DNA from: Dimorphilus gyrociliatus
Taxonomy: Eukaryota > Animalia > Annelida
NCBI GenBank assembly: GCA_904063045.1
Contig: CAJFCJ010000020.1
Coordinates: forward strand, 488,916 to 552,915
Length of the DNA: 64,000 nt
Reading direction: 5' to 3'
A model generated the notes under the pieces. It made no database searches and was not told the origin of the DNA. It saw only the letters and a list, made by a program, of their open reading frames with translations. Below, piece after piece: positions 1 through 12,100 of this stretch (position 1 is its first letter; the number at the start of each line of letters is the position of its first letter). The position numbers and the translations under genes are program-made.

Positions 1-1321
1 AGAGATAATTTTATATAAATAATAAGTTAATAATATGAGAAGGAAGCTGTTTTAAATAATTAGGCTGTCAAAGAGGAAAGGAAACAGAAATGTCCCAGCT
101 AAAAGTTGACTGAAACATGTCAAATTACCTTAATGATGTATGTCTACATTATTTATTAATTCAACGAAAGAATTTCAAACTTTGATCAAAATAATTAAAA
201 TTGGAAAGCAAATCATGAGTTACGTATTCTAATTGCATTGGTAGTCGTTCCCTTTCTCATTATTTACTGGGTTTAAAGAAATTAACAATGTAAAGCGAAT
301 CTATTTAATAATGTAAGAAATCAAACAGGAAAAAACATGATTCTCTTTTATTTACAGCTTATTTTAATAATTCATAAACTATTCTTTACCCTAATTAATT
401 ATTCAATCAGCTTTTTTTCTAGCTTCAATAATCATTCAAAAAGCCACTAGAGCGTTTCAATAAATGTTAATAGAATTCCTGTCTAAATAACTTTCCTTTA
501 CTTTCAATAGTCATAAAAAAAGAGAAAATACAATTGAATATTATTTAATATTTGAAAAAAGTAAATAAAAAGAAGAAAAGAGAGTAGAAAAACACCTTTC
601 CTTAATATTTTCTTTATGGATTAATTGCTGAATTCCAAAGACCAATGTTTTTTTTTATCTGCGATTAGCTTTGTTAATTGATTTCATTATTATATATGTT
701 AAAGATTACTTTTAAACATAGTTGCAAAGAAAAATGATAGAAATAGAAACATTGGAGAAAAATTGAAGAGTGAGCATCAGTATAGTATAATATATGTATA
801 TATAGTATTAAGTATATTATATATATATGATATTTATTTAGGCCTCAAGAAATATAATTGAACAAAGATATATAAGTAGTATTAGGAAATATATGCATTG
901 TCAATAAATTATTGTATAAAAACTGAAAAGGTTATTGAAAAAAGCATTAGAATTAGTTTATAAACTACTTGAGGGTTTAAGTAAAGAAACAGTATATCCC
1001 ATACTTTAAAAAAAAAATCCTTTTAATAGAAATCAAGAAATATTAAATAAAAAAAAAACAAGAAAGAATAAAATGTGTTTAATTGACCTAGTTTTCTTTA
1101 TCTGTTTCTTTATGCCTTTTCTCTTCTAAATAATTTAGATTTTACTAAATAATATTTTTTTAAAAAAAAAAAAGACTTAAAAAAAAGATATACATCAATT
1201 TTGTATTGATAGTTCTTGTGGACTTAGTAGAAAAGTAAACATTCTTTTGAAAAGTACTATTATAATAATAATAGATTTTAATTCTGGCTTTATATTTATT
1301 TAATGAGAATTACATTGTCCA

Positions 1322-4300
1322 TCATCTTAAGAATTTCTCAACTTCACCTGTCGAATAAAAAAAGTCTATTGAGAATTACGTAACCTTTGTACTCTTATAC
1401 TATAAACAAGAATGGGAGAGCTACTTACGTGTTGCCGAATGTAATTTAGCCCTCTTCAACGCTTTATATAGAAAGTGAATTTCGGCACCTTTTCTTTCCT
1501 TCCAGGCTTCAAGTACCCTACTGACCCGTTCCCTTCTCGATTCTATAATCTCTAAATCATTTAGCTCATTATCTTTCAAACCCAATTTAATGGCCAACTC
1601 TTTCCATTGTTTTTGCACTTCGAAATCCCCAACAACTCTTCGCACGATGTCTTTTAGCACTTTCTCTTGCCTTTGTTTATTCGTGGCCTCACGTATTTTC
1701 TCATACTCCTCTTCTAGATCATCTGCTAATAGAGCGTATCCATTTTCGTCCAATGCCAGAATGAACTGTTGTAGCTATTCAATTCAAGTGAACAAAAAGA
1801 AGTGAAAGCGATGATCCAAAAGATAAAAATTTTAAAGAATTAGCTAAAAGTCTTACGCAATCGTCGTTTATGGCGCATAGACTATACCACGCTTTTAAAG
1901 CTGAATAAGCTCTCTCCTCATCCGTATCTTTCTCTTTTGTAATCCTATCAATTGTAGCCGTAGATAATTTGAGACTTTCGGCTATGTTCTTCCAGTTTGT
2001 TACTAATTGGTGGGCTATTCTCTCAAAGTAATCTTGGTTTAAAAGTCCTTTTTCTCTTATTGGTACAGATGATGTCCTCTTGGGTGTTGGACACCTCTCC
2101 ATTTTCTAAAATATAAACAAAAAAAACCCATTACAAAACACTCGAATCCTTATGAAAAGAAATAATTAAGTTAAGAACCTTTGGTAAGTCCACTTGAATT
2201 TCGCAATGCACTTTGGTTTTTCCGGTTTCCGCTTCATTAGGGTTGCAATAGGAAAGGACTTGCAACTTACCGAAATAAGACTCTCGTCCATTCTGAGCAT
2301 ATGGTTCAACTACTTTAACTGATGCGTACACTTTAAATGATCTACATTGAAAAAAGTAAAAAGCAGGAATCTTTTCTTCAAACTGGACATTTTTAGTAAA
2401 GTTTAACAAGAGCCTTTCACCCTCATTTACACATATTTCCGAATCACCAGAAATAAGCGAGTATCCTGCTCCTTCTAAATCTGCTTGTTCGCTTTTCACC
2501 TGTATAGATTTGTTTTGGTGTAATTGACTATATAGTCGTTAATACAGTAATAGTATAATCATATTATTCTATTTTTCAACTTACGTTATCTGAACTGGAG
2601 CATACTATGGCAATTTTATTTGGATTGTCAACTATTTGGCTAACTTGGAAAATAGCCGCTTTCTTTTGAGTTACCAAAATCTTTATATTTTGAGCAATAT
2701 TGATGTTATCATCTCTGGTAGAATCGCTTGTCGTCGTTATTAGAAATATTCTGGTATAAAAATTAAATTCCTTATGATAAATTGCTTTTGTGAAAAGGTT
2801 GATGATGAATTGCTTTACCGCTTAACCTTCTCTTTCACAAGAAATTCAACTGTATCATCAACGATCTCGTAGGTCAAACCATCCTTGACGTGATAGCCGT
2901 CTTCCGTCTCTGTAACGATAACGATCTTTTCTCCTAAATTAAGCTGAGTCTTTTCTCTAACTTGACAAGAAGCCCCTGGCGTTTTTACTTTACTCGTTTT
3001 TCTGGCTTTCACAGAGGCGGTACCGGGGAAAGGCATACCGATAAAAACTCCATTTTTTACAATATTCGGCATATTCAAATTCAATACCACGCTCGTTTCT
3101 AGGAAAGATTCTGGCATATTAAAGAATTTTCTTAATCTGACTCGAGCATCTTTATTAGTTTGTAGTATCTGTAGCTCTATTTCTTCAGTTTTTTTACCAA
3201 AAGAGTTTTTTGGAATCCTTATTGATACTCGCGAATCAATTGTCGACGTAACAGTTGTACCCTTATCCGGCTTTACTCTCTCTTTTTCAACTCTAGGCCT
3301 ATGAACTACACACACTTTTACAACCGGCTCAAGGTACTTGAGTTGACAATGGATGAGAGGAATCTGTTTCAATTATATTTTTTTTAACCTAAATAGATTA
3401 CACTTACGCAGTAATAATAACAATAAATTATTCAAACCTTTCCTTCGGTTGATTTTAGACTTTCCATTATCTTCGAATCGTTAATAGAGTTTAAGGGATT
3501 TACGTCAATCCATCCATCGCTCGTAAATAATCTTACTATTATCTCTTTCGTATTTACTTTCCGACAGGATTGATGAGGTATTGACACAATTACTGGATAC
3601 TTTAAACAATCGTTTTAGTATTATAAAGAGAAATAAAAATAAATAATAAATAATAGGCTTATAAATGTTCTCACTTGAAATCTAATTGTTTTAGTACACT
3701 TTATCTGAAAGTTGAGTATGTTGCTGACAATATCAGCATTATCGTCAAATGGATGTTGAGAAATCATATTTAAGTCTTCTTCCAATCTGCAAGTAACATT
3801 GTCGAATGATAAATCATCCTCTAAAGCTTTTAGGTGGCAACCCAATCCCGTAGCAGTCATATCTTCTTCTTTGGATATTGTATATGTATGGGAGGGCCAA
3901 TTTCGTCTATCTCTTCTTTTCTCTTCGAGTTCCTGCTTCTTTTTTTCCTCTTCTTGTCGACGTTTTTGCTCCCTTTTTCTCTTTTCCCTCTCTTCGCCTT
4001 CTTTTTTTAAGCGCTCTTCCAAAGCCTTGCGTTTCTTTTCCTCTTCGATCTTTCTTAACTTTTCTTGTTCTAGTCGAAGATTTTCTTCCTCTTCCCTCTT
4101 CCGCTCCTCTTCCTCCTTTCTCTTCCTCTCTTCTTCCTCAACTCGTATTCTTTCCAGCTCCTCCGCCTTCTTCCGATCTTCCTCCTCTTTCTTCAGCTTT
4201 TCCGCCACCATCCTCTTTTGTTCAATCTGTTGTCCGAAAAAAGAAAAATATATGAAAGATACTGATAATAAAGAGGATATCTTGTACAAATATCTTTACA

Positions 4301-4884
4301 TATTTCATAGAATCTAAAAGGATTAAAAAAGAACCTCTTCACGAATCTTTCTCATATTTTCATTAAGAATTTCAGCATCCTCTGTTATCTTTAGATTGTC
4401 TTTTTCCATCAGAGAACAGAATTGAGCTAATTCTTTGATTTGTTTATTTAGAACCTGATAGGCATGAGTAATTTTATTCAATTTTTGCCTTTTATGCATC
4501 CCTGAAAGAGAATTTACATGTTTATTGATAATTTAAAGACAAATAAAAGAAAAACTAACTATCTTCATCATTCTTCACTTTATTTCTCTCCTTGGCATAC
4601 GGAACGTACTGGCTATTAATCTTGGATGAAATATTTTCAGATATTCTGCTTAGGGATTGCCTAATTTCGGCTTGTTTATCCTGAAATATCTCCAAGTAAC
4701 CTTTTGAACTATTTAACAAATCAGTGGTGTTGTTAGTATGTTCTTGTAAATTTTCAAAAATATTATCATAATCTTGAATTAGATCGCTACTCTCCCTTAT
4801 CTTAGTTATATCCTGATTAAGTATTTCGATAGCTGAGTTAAAAACAGTGATCGGTTTACTATCTTCTGCTAAAATAACTTCCAT
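1322..4884 (-). CDS. ZU5-ZU5-UPA plus tandem death-domain protein (DTHD1/PIDD-like C-terminal module) with N-terminal coiled coil and E/K/R-rich single alpha helix
   Basis: Exons joined in phase by GT-AG introns: 4884-4560, 4501-4335, 4226-3675, 3599-3438, 3363-2819, 2750-2585, 2499-2179, 2105-1857, 1774-1429, 1347-1322. ZU5-like RFQYPVIVSIPH and VSIRIPKNSF...IELQI. Two death-domain-like units (WKNIAESLKL...ALKAW and WKELAIKLGL...VLEAW). The start may lie further upstream (see finding at 4884-4986). Confidence 0.85.
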
Positions 4885-7300
4885 TTTTTTCTGGTATTCG
4901 AATAGTTATAAAGTAACTACTGACTTTTCTGTTGTAGCTAACAAGTCTAGTTGTGTTCCAAGCTCAGAGACGACCGCTAATACCATTCATAAAAGAAAAT
5001 CAATAGGATATGCATATTCGAAAATATTCGTTCAAGTTGATCAGTTACTAATTCATGGAGAAATTTGCTAAAGCAGGAAATATTCAATTATTATCTATAT
5101 TATTATTGATATAGCCGTATTATGATTATTATTATTATTATTATTATTTCTTAACAATATAACAAAATTTAGTGTAATATCTTCAATAGTTTCTTTTTCT
5201 CTATCCTTCTCTCTCTTACAATCAGTTCAGACTTTAGAATTAAAGCTTTTATTTTTTTTTAAAAAAAAAATACTTTCAGATTAATAAGCTTTTTTGATTG
5301 ATAGATAGTATAAGCTATCATTTTTAAGTTCCTTTTAAACTGATAAATAAACATTAACAAATTATAAAATTATTGTTTTTTAACCTAACCTAACTCTTTT
5401 TATTTATTAAATTCTCCAGGTAATTGGTATATTTAGTCTTTATAAATATTGAATAGATCAAATCCAAAAGAGATATGTAATTTGCCGTTTTTTATTATTA
5501 TTCGCTTCATTTACTAATCTCTAACTGTGTAATAAAGATTAACAGAACGAACTCTTGTCATTTGATATTCCAAAGTTCATAGACTTAAATTCACTCGTAA
5601 TTACACAGTGTTAAGTTTACTCTAGCCCAATAAATCAACCAGATAAACAGTGTCAACAAGCTTATTCGACTTTAATCGAAGCAAATAAATAAAAAAAATA
5701 CAGCTCTTAATCTCTACTAGAGAAGGACTTATGAAAGATGAAAATACCAATAGATGGCGATACTAATCGTCGTTAATAAATCTGCCAGGAGTGATGGAAG
5801 GAAATAAAATGGAAAAAAAAGGAAAAGTCTTAAAAAAAAAGAAAAAAAAAAGAATGATAGAAAGAAAGAGTTTGAGTAAGTGCGTGTGTGAGTGAGTGAA
5901 GGAGTAGAAGAGGAAAGGAGTGGAAGAGAGTGGGAGAGAGTGGTGTATGTGCGTTAAGTGTATACGTGTCTGTGTATGTTTGGAAGTAGATTCTTAAATT
6001 CTTTGTTGGAGAAGTAATTTATATGCTGAAGTGGGCTATTTTATCATGCTTAATGTAACGCATTGTTCGGTTCATACTATGCGACAAGCTCGTATCTTTA
6101 AGAGATTGAGAAGAGTGAAAAAAATTAATTACCAGCAGTTTATCAATACAAAACGCCATTGGATATTAATCAAGCGACGACTACCGAGTACTTTTTTAAC
6201 AGTTAAGAGATTAAAAATAGCGTATCTGTTCTCTCCCACAAACCCGATAAGGATGTTATCGGCTTAATGTTTGAACGAGTATTGTTTTCGAAAGAAAAGC
6301 GAATTGTCGAAGCGATTATAAGCGGCCGTTAATCTCTTATAAAGTATCGCCGCTTATCGTTTCGCCAGTCTATTGTTATCTATAGAATTTTTAACAATTA
6401 CTCTATCGGTGTGTAAACAAGGCCGATATTCTTGTTGAAGCGGTTGCACAAATTAAATAAACACGCTGTCTTATCGGTGCTTGTTTCAAGCACTAGATAA
6501 GATCAACCGTTTTTTTTTTATGTACTGGGAAAATATTTATTGCTAGACTTTTTTTATGGGACAAGAAAAGGGGAATTTTTCAGGTGCTTGGTAATTTTTC
6601 TCTTTTTTTGTTATCTCAATAACTTTTTTTTACAGCTCTTTCAAGATAGCTACTTCTTTTTATCTATTTAAATATACTGATAGTAATTAATAAGGAAGAT
6701 GATATTTTCTGTTGATAATGCTAAATATACTCCCTAATCGTATAATGCAACTATATAGTAAATTGCGTGCAACGGCAAGATGAATCTCGTTATTCATCGT
6801 CTATTTACCGATGCCTTATTGCTAACTTTGTAAACATTGACGAAAACGTTCTATATTTGTTCTGGCTGCTGCCTGCTCGCTCTTTCTAAGTGTCTATTTA
6901 CAATCGCCATCATTGTTTGACCGCCTTGTTTGCACAGCGGCGTCTGTTCGACAGTCTACAAACGTTTCTGTTTACTCTGTAAATGTTCTTTTGTAGATAT
7001 TGCAGCTTTCTGAGGCGTTCCTTCGACGAGCCGCAGGGGGTTCTTTTTCATACTCTTTTAAGCTTCTACTCCTCCTCCCCCTTTGCTCTTACTCCATCCA
7101 TCTACTCTTCACCCCATTTCTTTCTTTCTCTTCTGACGGCCTCACGGAAATGTATTCATTAAGTAATGGACACGCGCTTCGTGCCGAGAATGACTCACAA
7201 CCTAACAATGTTAGGCGAGAGAAAAGAGCGACTATAATTCACCGTCAAAGGCAATATAATAGGCGTATTGTTGAAATTGTTTGCCCATAGCTAATAAGAG

Positions 7301-7375
7301 AGTGAGAGAGAGAGAGAAAAAAAGAAAGAAAAACTGAGAGAGAGAAAAAGAGAGGCGAAGAGAGAGATGAAATAG
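7301..7375 (+). repeat. GA-rich (GAGA) microsatellite next to CCAAT-like boxes, probable distal groucho promoter
   Basis: (GA)n runs are visible, followed by GATTGG at about 7419 and a long pyrimidine-rich stretch. A candidate donor GTAAGT lies at 8330. The promoter role is inferred. Confidence 0.5.
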
Positions 7376-7973
7376 GGGAGGGTGGAGGGAAAGGGGAGAG
7401 AGGCGGTTATTGGGCAGTGATTGGTCGGAGTGCTGAGAAAAAGTTGGTCGCTTTTTTTCTATTACTCCTTTTTACTTTTCTCAATCACTCCTACTCTTTT
7501 TTCTTATTTTCGTTTACTTTCTCTCTACTTTCTTTTCTATCTTTGTGTTTCTTTATTTCGATTCTTTTTATCTCTTCATTTTTCTGTGTTATATACCGTT
7601 TCCTTCGTTTTTTTTTCGGCAAGCAGTGGAAGCTCACGTTTTGTCAATATTGATTCAGATGTGAAAGTTTGGCGAACATATTTACTAAGCTTTTGACATT
7701 TTCGCCTCCTTTATACGTGCTCTTCAAAGCCGATTTGTTGACTCGAAACGCTTTTTTTCAAAACATTCCATTAATTCTTTTTCTTCACCGAAATATTTAT
7801 TACCTTTACACTTCCTTTTCCCGCCTCAAATTTTTCTTCTCTATTTCTTTACTTTATCAATTATAATGTTTCTTTTTTTTTCTGTCCAAAACATATCCAT
7901 TTACTTTTTTTTTACTTAACGGAAGGATACAATTTTACCGGTTTAGCAACTTTTAACCCTTATAAACATTAAC

Positions 7974-8013
<40 letters not shown>

Positions 8014-8030
8014 CCTCTCTCTCTCTCTCT
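7974..8030 (+). repeat. (CT)n microsatellite
   Basis: Directly visible. Confidence 0.95.
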
Positions 8031-9103
8031 CCCTTACCACTTTACTCTTCTTGATACTTTTCAATTTATCCTACATTTGCTTTTCTTTTTTCCCTTTTTC
8101 CTTTCTTTTTCCTATTACTTCTCCTCTTTTTTTCCAGAGCCTTAATAACGGTACACGCGAGGCTTGTCAAAGTTCGTGTCAATATTGACTTTCGAAATCC
8201 GGCTCGTATTCTACGTACTCTGCGGAATTCTTTTCTTCGGGCTAAAATCGCGCATGTAATACAAACTGTCAACATTTATTCGACTTGATGGAAACACCGA
8301 AAAAAAACGACCGAGATATTGTCAATTCAGTAAGTGTATGCAGGTGCATTGAGAGACTTAAAAAAAAATAGTAAAAGAAGAGTGGATAGAGAATGGAAAG
8401 GAATGAAGAAAATATCTAATATATAGAATTACTGGAGTTCGATTGGCCTAGATAGCCGCTCGATTTGCATTCGGATCATTTTTATTTACCGACAACAAAC
8501 ATAAAAAAGCATATGCGCTATTTCGATTAGACGTCGGTCAATATTAGCCTAATGAGCCGACCGAAAGCGTATTGAATAGATTACACACACAAATGCATTG
8601 AAAACCCGTACAGAATACGAATATATAAGTAGATAGTTGGTAAACATCATAAAAAGGCGCCGAACGACTGATTTGTTTTCCTTTCATATCCGAAATTTTT
8701 TCACACCGTCTACGACGCCATCTGGCGACCAGATATGTCTTCACAAATATAGCGAGTAATTAGCAATTAGGCGTAACTATATACTGGCGCCGTTTTCAAA
8801 TTATATACGCATGTATATATTATTGCTTTCAGATGATTGATGGTAATTTATAAAAACGAGCGGCTATTTATTACTCTGCATATACAGTGCGACGATAATG
8901 TCGATTTTTTATAGATATTTTACTGTATATATATATAAGTATATAGATAAGTATATAAAGTATATATAATACTGTGTATAGACAGTCTAGGATATATACT
9001 TTCGTACATAATGTATTTGTATACGTATATTTATATACATATTTTTTAATATTTCTTACTATTTATTTACATAAGAATATCTATAAATACACTATGAATT
9101 TCC

Positions 9104-9134
<31 letters not shown>

Positions 9135-12100
9135 CTTCCTTTCATTTACTTTTACTTCTTTATCCTTTTCTTTCTTCTTTTATTCTTCTTCTTACTCGTA
9201 GTACACTAAAAAAGAGTCTATAGAGCGTATTACTATATATATACATATTCATAGTTTTAAATACATCAGTTAATTGAGAGGACATATTTAAAATAAAAAA
9301 GTATTAATTCACCTATTATATACTATAGACACCTTTTCACAGTTAGGAGGACTTAATTAGTCGGCTTGCCGGTTTGAATGCCAACGCCCCTAATCGCACA
9401 CATGAGTCTTCTACGACCGCCTGTACTCTGATTAGAATCTAATTGAAAACACGCGCGTCGTCGACAAGTTGGCAGTATATTATTAGTGAATTTACGAAAT
9501 CCCTTTCGAAACACACCTGTTCAATTAGGCGGAATAGAATGTTTTTAACCTTTAAAACAATATGAGTGCTTTTTTATGCAGGTATACTATTTTATACGTG
9601 TTTACAATTAAAAATAATAATAATAATAAAAAAAAACAGCGTATAAAAAGGGGTTGTTTAAAAAGAAAAAAGGTATAGCGCTGAGGGGCGAACGCCCTAA
9701 ATTGGCGGCTATTAGATTGAGGGCATTCTTACTTTGATTTAAATGCTATCGATTCCTTTTCTTCACCGTACTCGTATCGTAAATTAGTCGGGAGAAGGAG
9801 GAGAAAGAAGGAGGAGAAGGCGGGCTGCCAAGGACAATTATCTATATAGGCTGTTCTTGAAAAGAAAAAGGGCGGGTAGGAAACAAAGAAATTTGATGAT
9901 TAAGAAGAAAAAGTTAGATAAAGCAAAGAGGCGGAAAAGAGAAAGAAAATCAAACCCCCCTCCGGCTTAGCCGGTGAGGTCGGCGCTCGCGTTTATTTGA
10001 CAGCTTCATAATTAACCTATTATGGCGGTTGTTGGTTGTGAAAGCGTATCGTCTTTCCAAGATAATAATAAGCCGTAGTATAGGCTTACTTGATAAGGTC
10101 GAATAATATAAAGTTCTTTCTATAAACTTTTTTCATATATATAAATTGAAAACAGCAAGGGGTAGTGTTTTCGCATACTTATGTGTAGGCCCAATACCCT
10201 TATTAAGAATTATATGGTCGTATCGGTAAACAAAGACGGTACTTGAGGGATTTGCTTTGATAAGTGATTATAACTAAGCGTTTAATAGGCTTTTCTTTGC
10301 TCTTTGTGTTTACTGTTCTTGTAATTTAACATTACACAAGCGCACCTGCCTATGTTTGCCTTTATGCCTTTTAGATGGCGTCTTGCTGTTTATATAAATT
10401 CTTATGATTATTATTATGTTCATTTCTTCTTATCGAACGCCCACGAAATCGATAAAGCAACGCCCCACTGTCGAAAAATTGCCTAGTCCGAGATAAATTA
10501 CATACATTTTATTCCTTTTATATGTAAAGAAAAGAAGAGAAAAGGAGAAAAAAATACTTTCAACGCCAACAAATTACCGTAATTTTAACCGATAAAATGA
10601 CATACTTAAAGGCGATCTGTAATCTCGTCGAGTCTGCCCTATTGTCGGCCGGTCAAGTGGTCGGTAATAGTTGCGACGCTTAGTAATCACCCTGTTCCTT
10701 TTTTATATATGTATTTCTGAAGAAATATAATAAATAATACCTTTTATCCCTTAGTAGAAGTATGAATTATACACAAGTTAAATAGATATAAAGTATAAGG
10801 TATATATGCGCATATATATATAGAGAGAGATATATATACACTTTATAATATAAATAGGAATATAAATAATAGTGGTGCAAGAAAAAAAAACGGGGGGAGT
10901 AGCAGGGGGGGCGGGAGAGTAAAATGAGGGTTTAAAAGAAAAAAAGAATAGAGAGCAGAGGGAGAAGGAGGAGGTGGGTAAAATATTCCGGACGACCGGT
11001 GTTTCTAAATCGCGACATTATAGTTCGAGTGCCTCGATGACGTGTTAATTTGCATATTCGGCGCGAGTTTTAGCGAAGCGTGCTTAAGCCGCTCATTTTT
11101 TTCCCCTTCCATCACTCGTACAACTTCCTTTTTCCAGCTAATGTTCATATACGCCTACATACATATAACACATAATTTATACAGTAATATGTATCACTGC
11201 ATGTTCAATGTACTACACGTACACCAGCATTGGGAATAGCGACGCTGCGGGCGGTGCGTAAAAATAATTAAACTAATCCTCACTTTTTGCTTACGCAAGT
11301 CATCGTATATCGTTTTCTTTGTGTAACTGATGTCGTATTGTTGCCGAAAAACAATAGCATAATCATAAGCATTTTTTCTTTTAAAAAACAAAGAAAACAA
11401 TAAAATAAAAAAAACACATCGAAGAAAGAGAAAAGGCCGATCTAGGAAATTCAACACTTTATTGTATTCGTTTTTATTATTTGAATACACATACGTATTT
11501 ATAAATATATACTAAATAAATATTAATGAGTGTACAAATGACGTGCTTTTTTCACTCCTTTTGCAATCTTTCTTCTCGCTAGTCAAGGAGAAAAGTGGGA
11601 GGGGAAGAGGAGGTGGTGGTTAGGGGTAAAAATGGGAAGAATTAAGGATGAAACGTTTGGAACTGCGGGCCGGCTAAATCGATTGATACGGAGAATAGAC
11701 GGTACACGGGCGTTAATGCAGGCTACGGGGTATTCTTAATCAGATTAGGTTGGCTTGAGGGATTAGCGAACAATGTTTACTTATGAGATAAAGACGAGAT
11801 AAATGTTCTAATGTAGCGATAGCCAAGATTATCTATGAATCTTGATAATCGGTAAAACTTGCGACCTAATTCATGCTAGTTGTCCCCATTTTGACGTGTA
11901 TCTACGTGGTGATAATATAAATTAATGCTCCTTGTTTGCACTACTAACTACACGTCAAATAAACGCTCCCCGATAATGTTTGCGGAGCAAATATTAGAGC
12001 GCCGTCTAGCGGACGTCCTCTGCAGCGCGGTTGGTGGCGGCGGCGGCGTTAGTGGTGGCGGTGGTAAAGGAGTTAGTTGGACAGCTTCGGGCTGTGTTGT

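Noticed and set aside
3799-4317. Long plus-strand ORFs (172 and 125 aa)
   Set aside because: Antisense shadows of the E/K/R-rich SAH exon, with low-complexity S/F/L content.
7000-7866. Several F/L/S-rich plus-strand ORFs
   Set aside because: Products of pyrimidine-rich leader sequence, with no splice-compatible coding structure.
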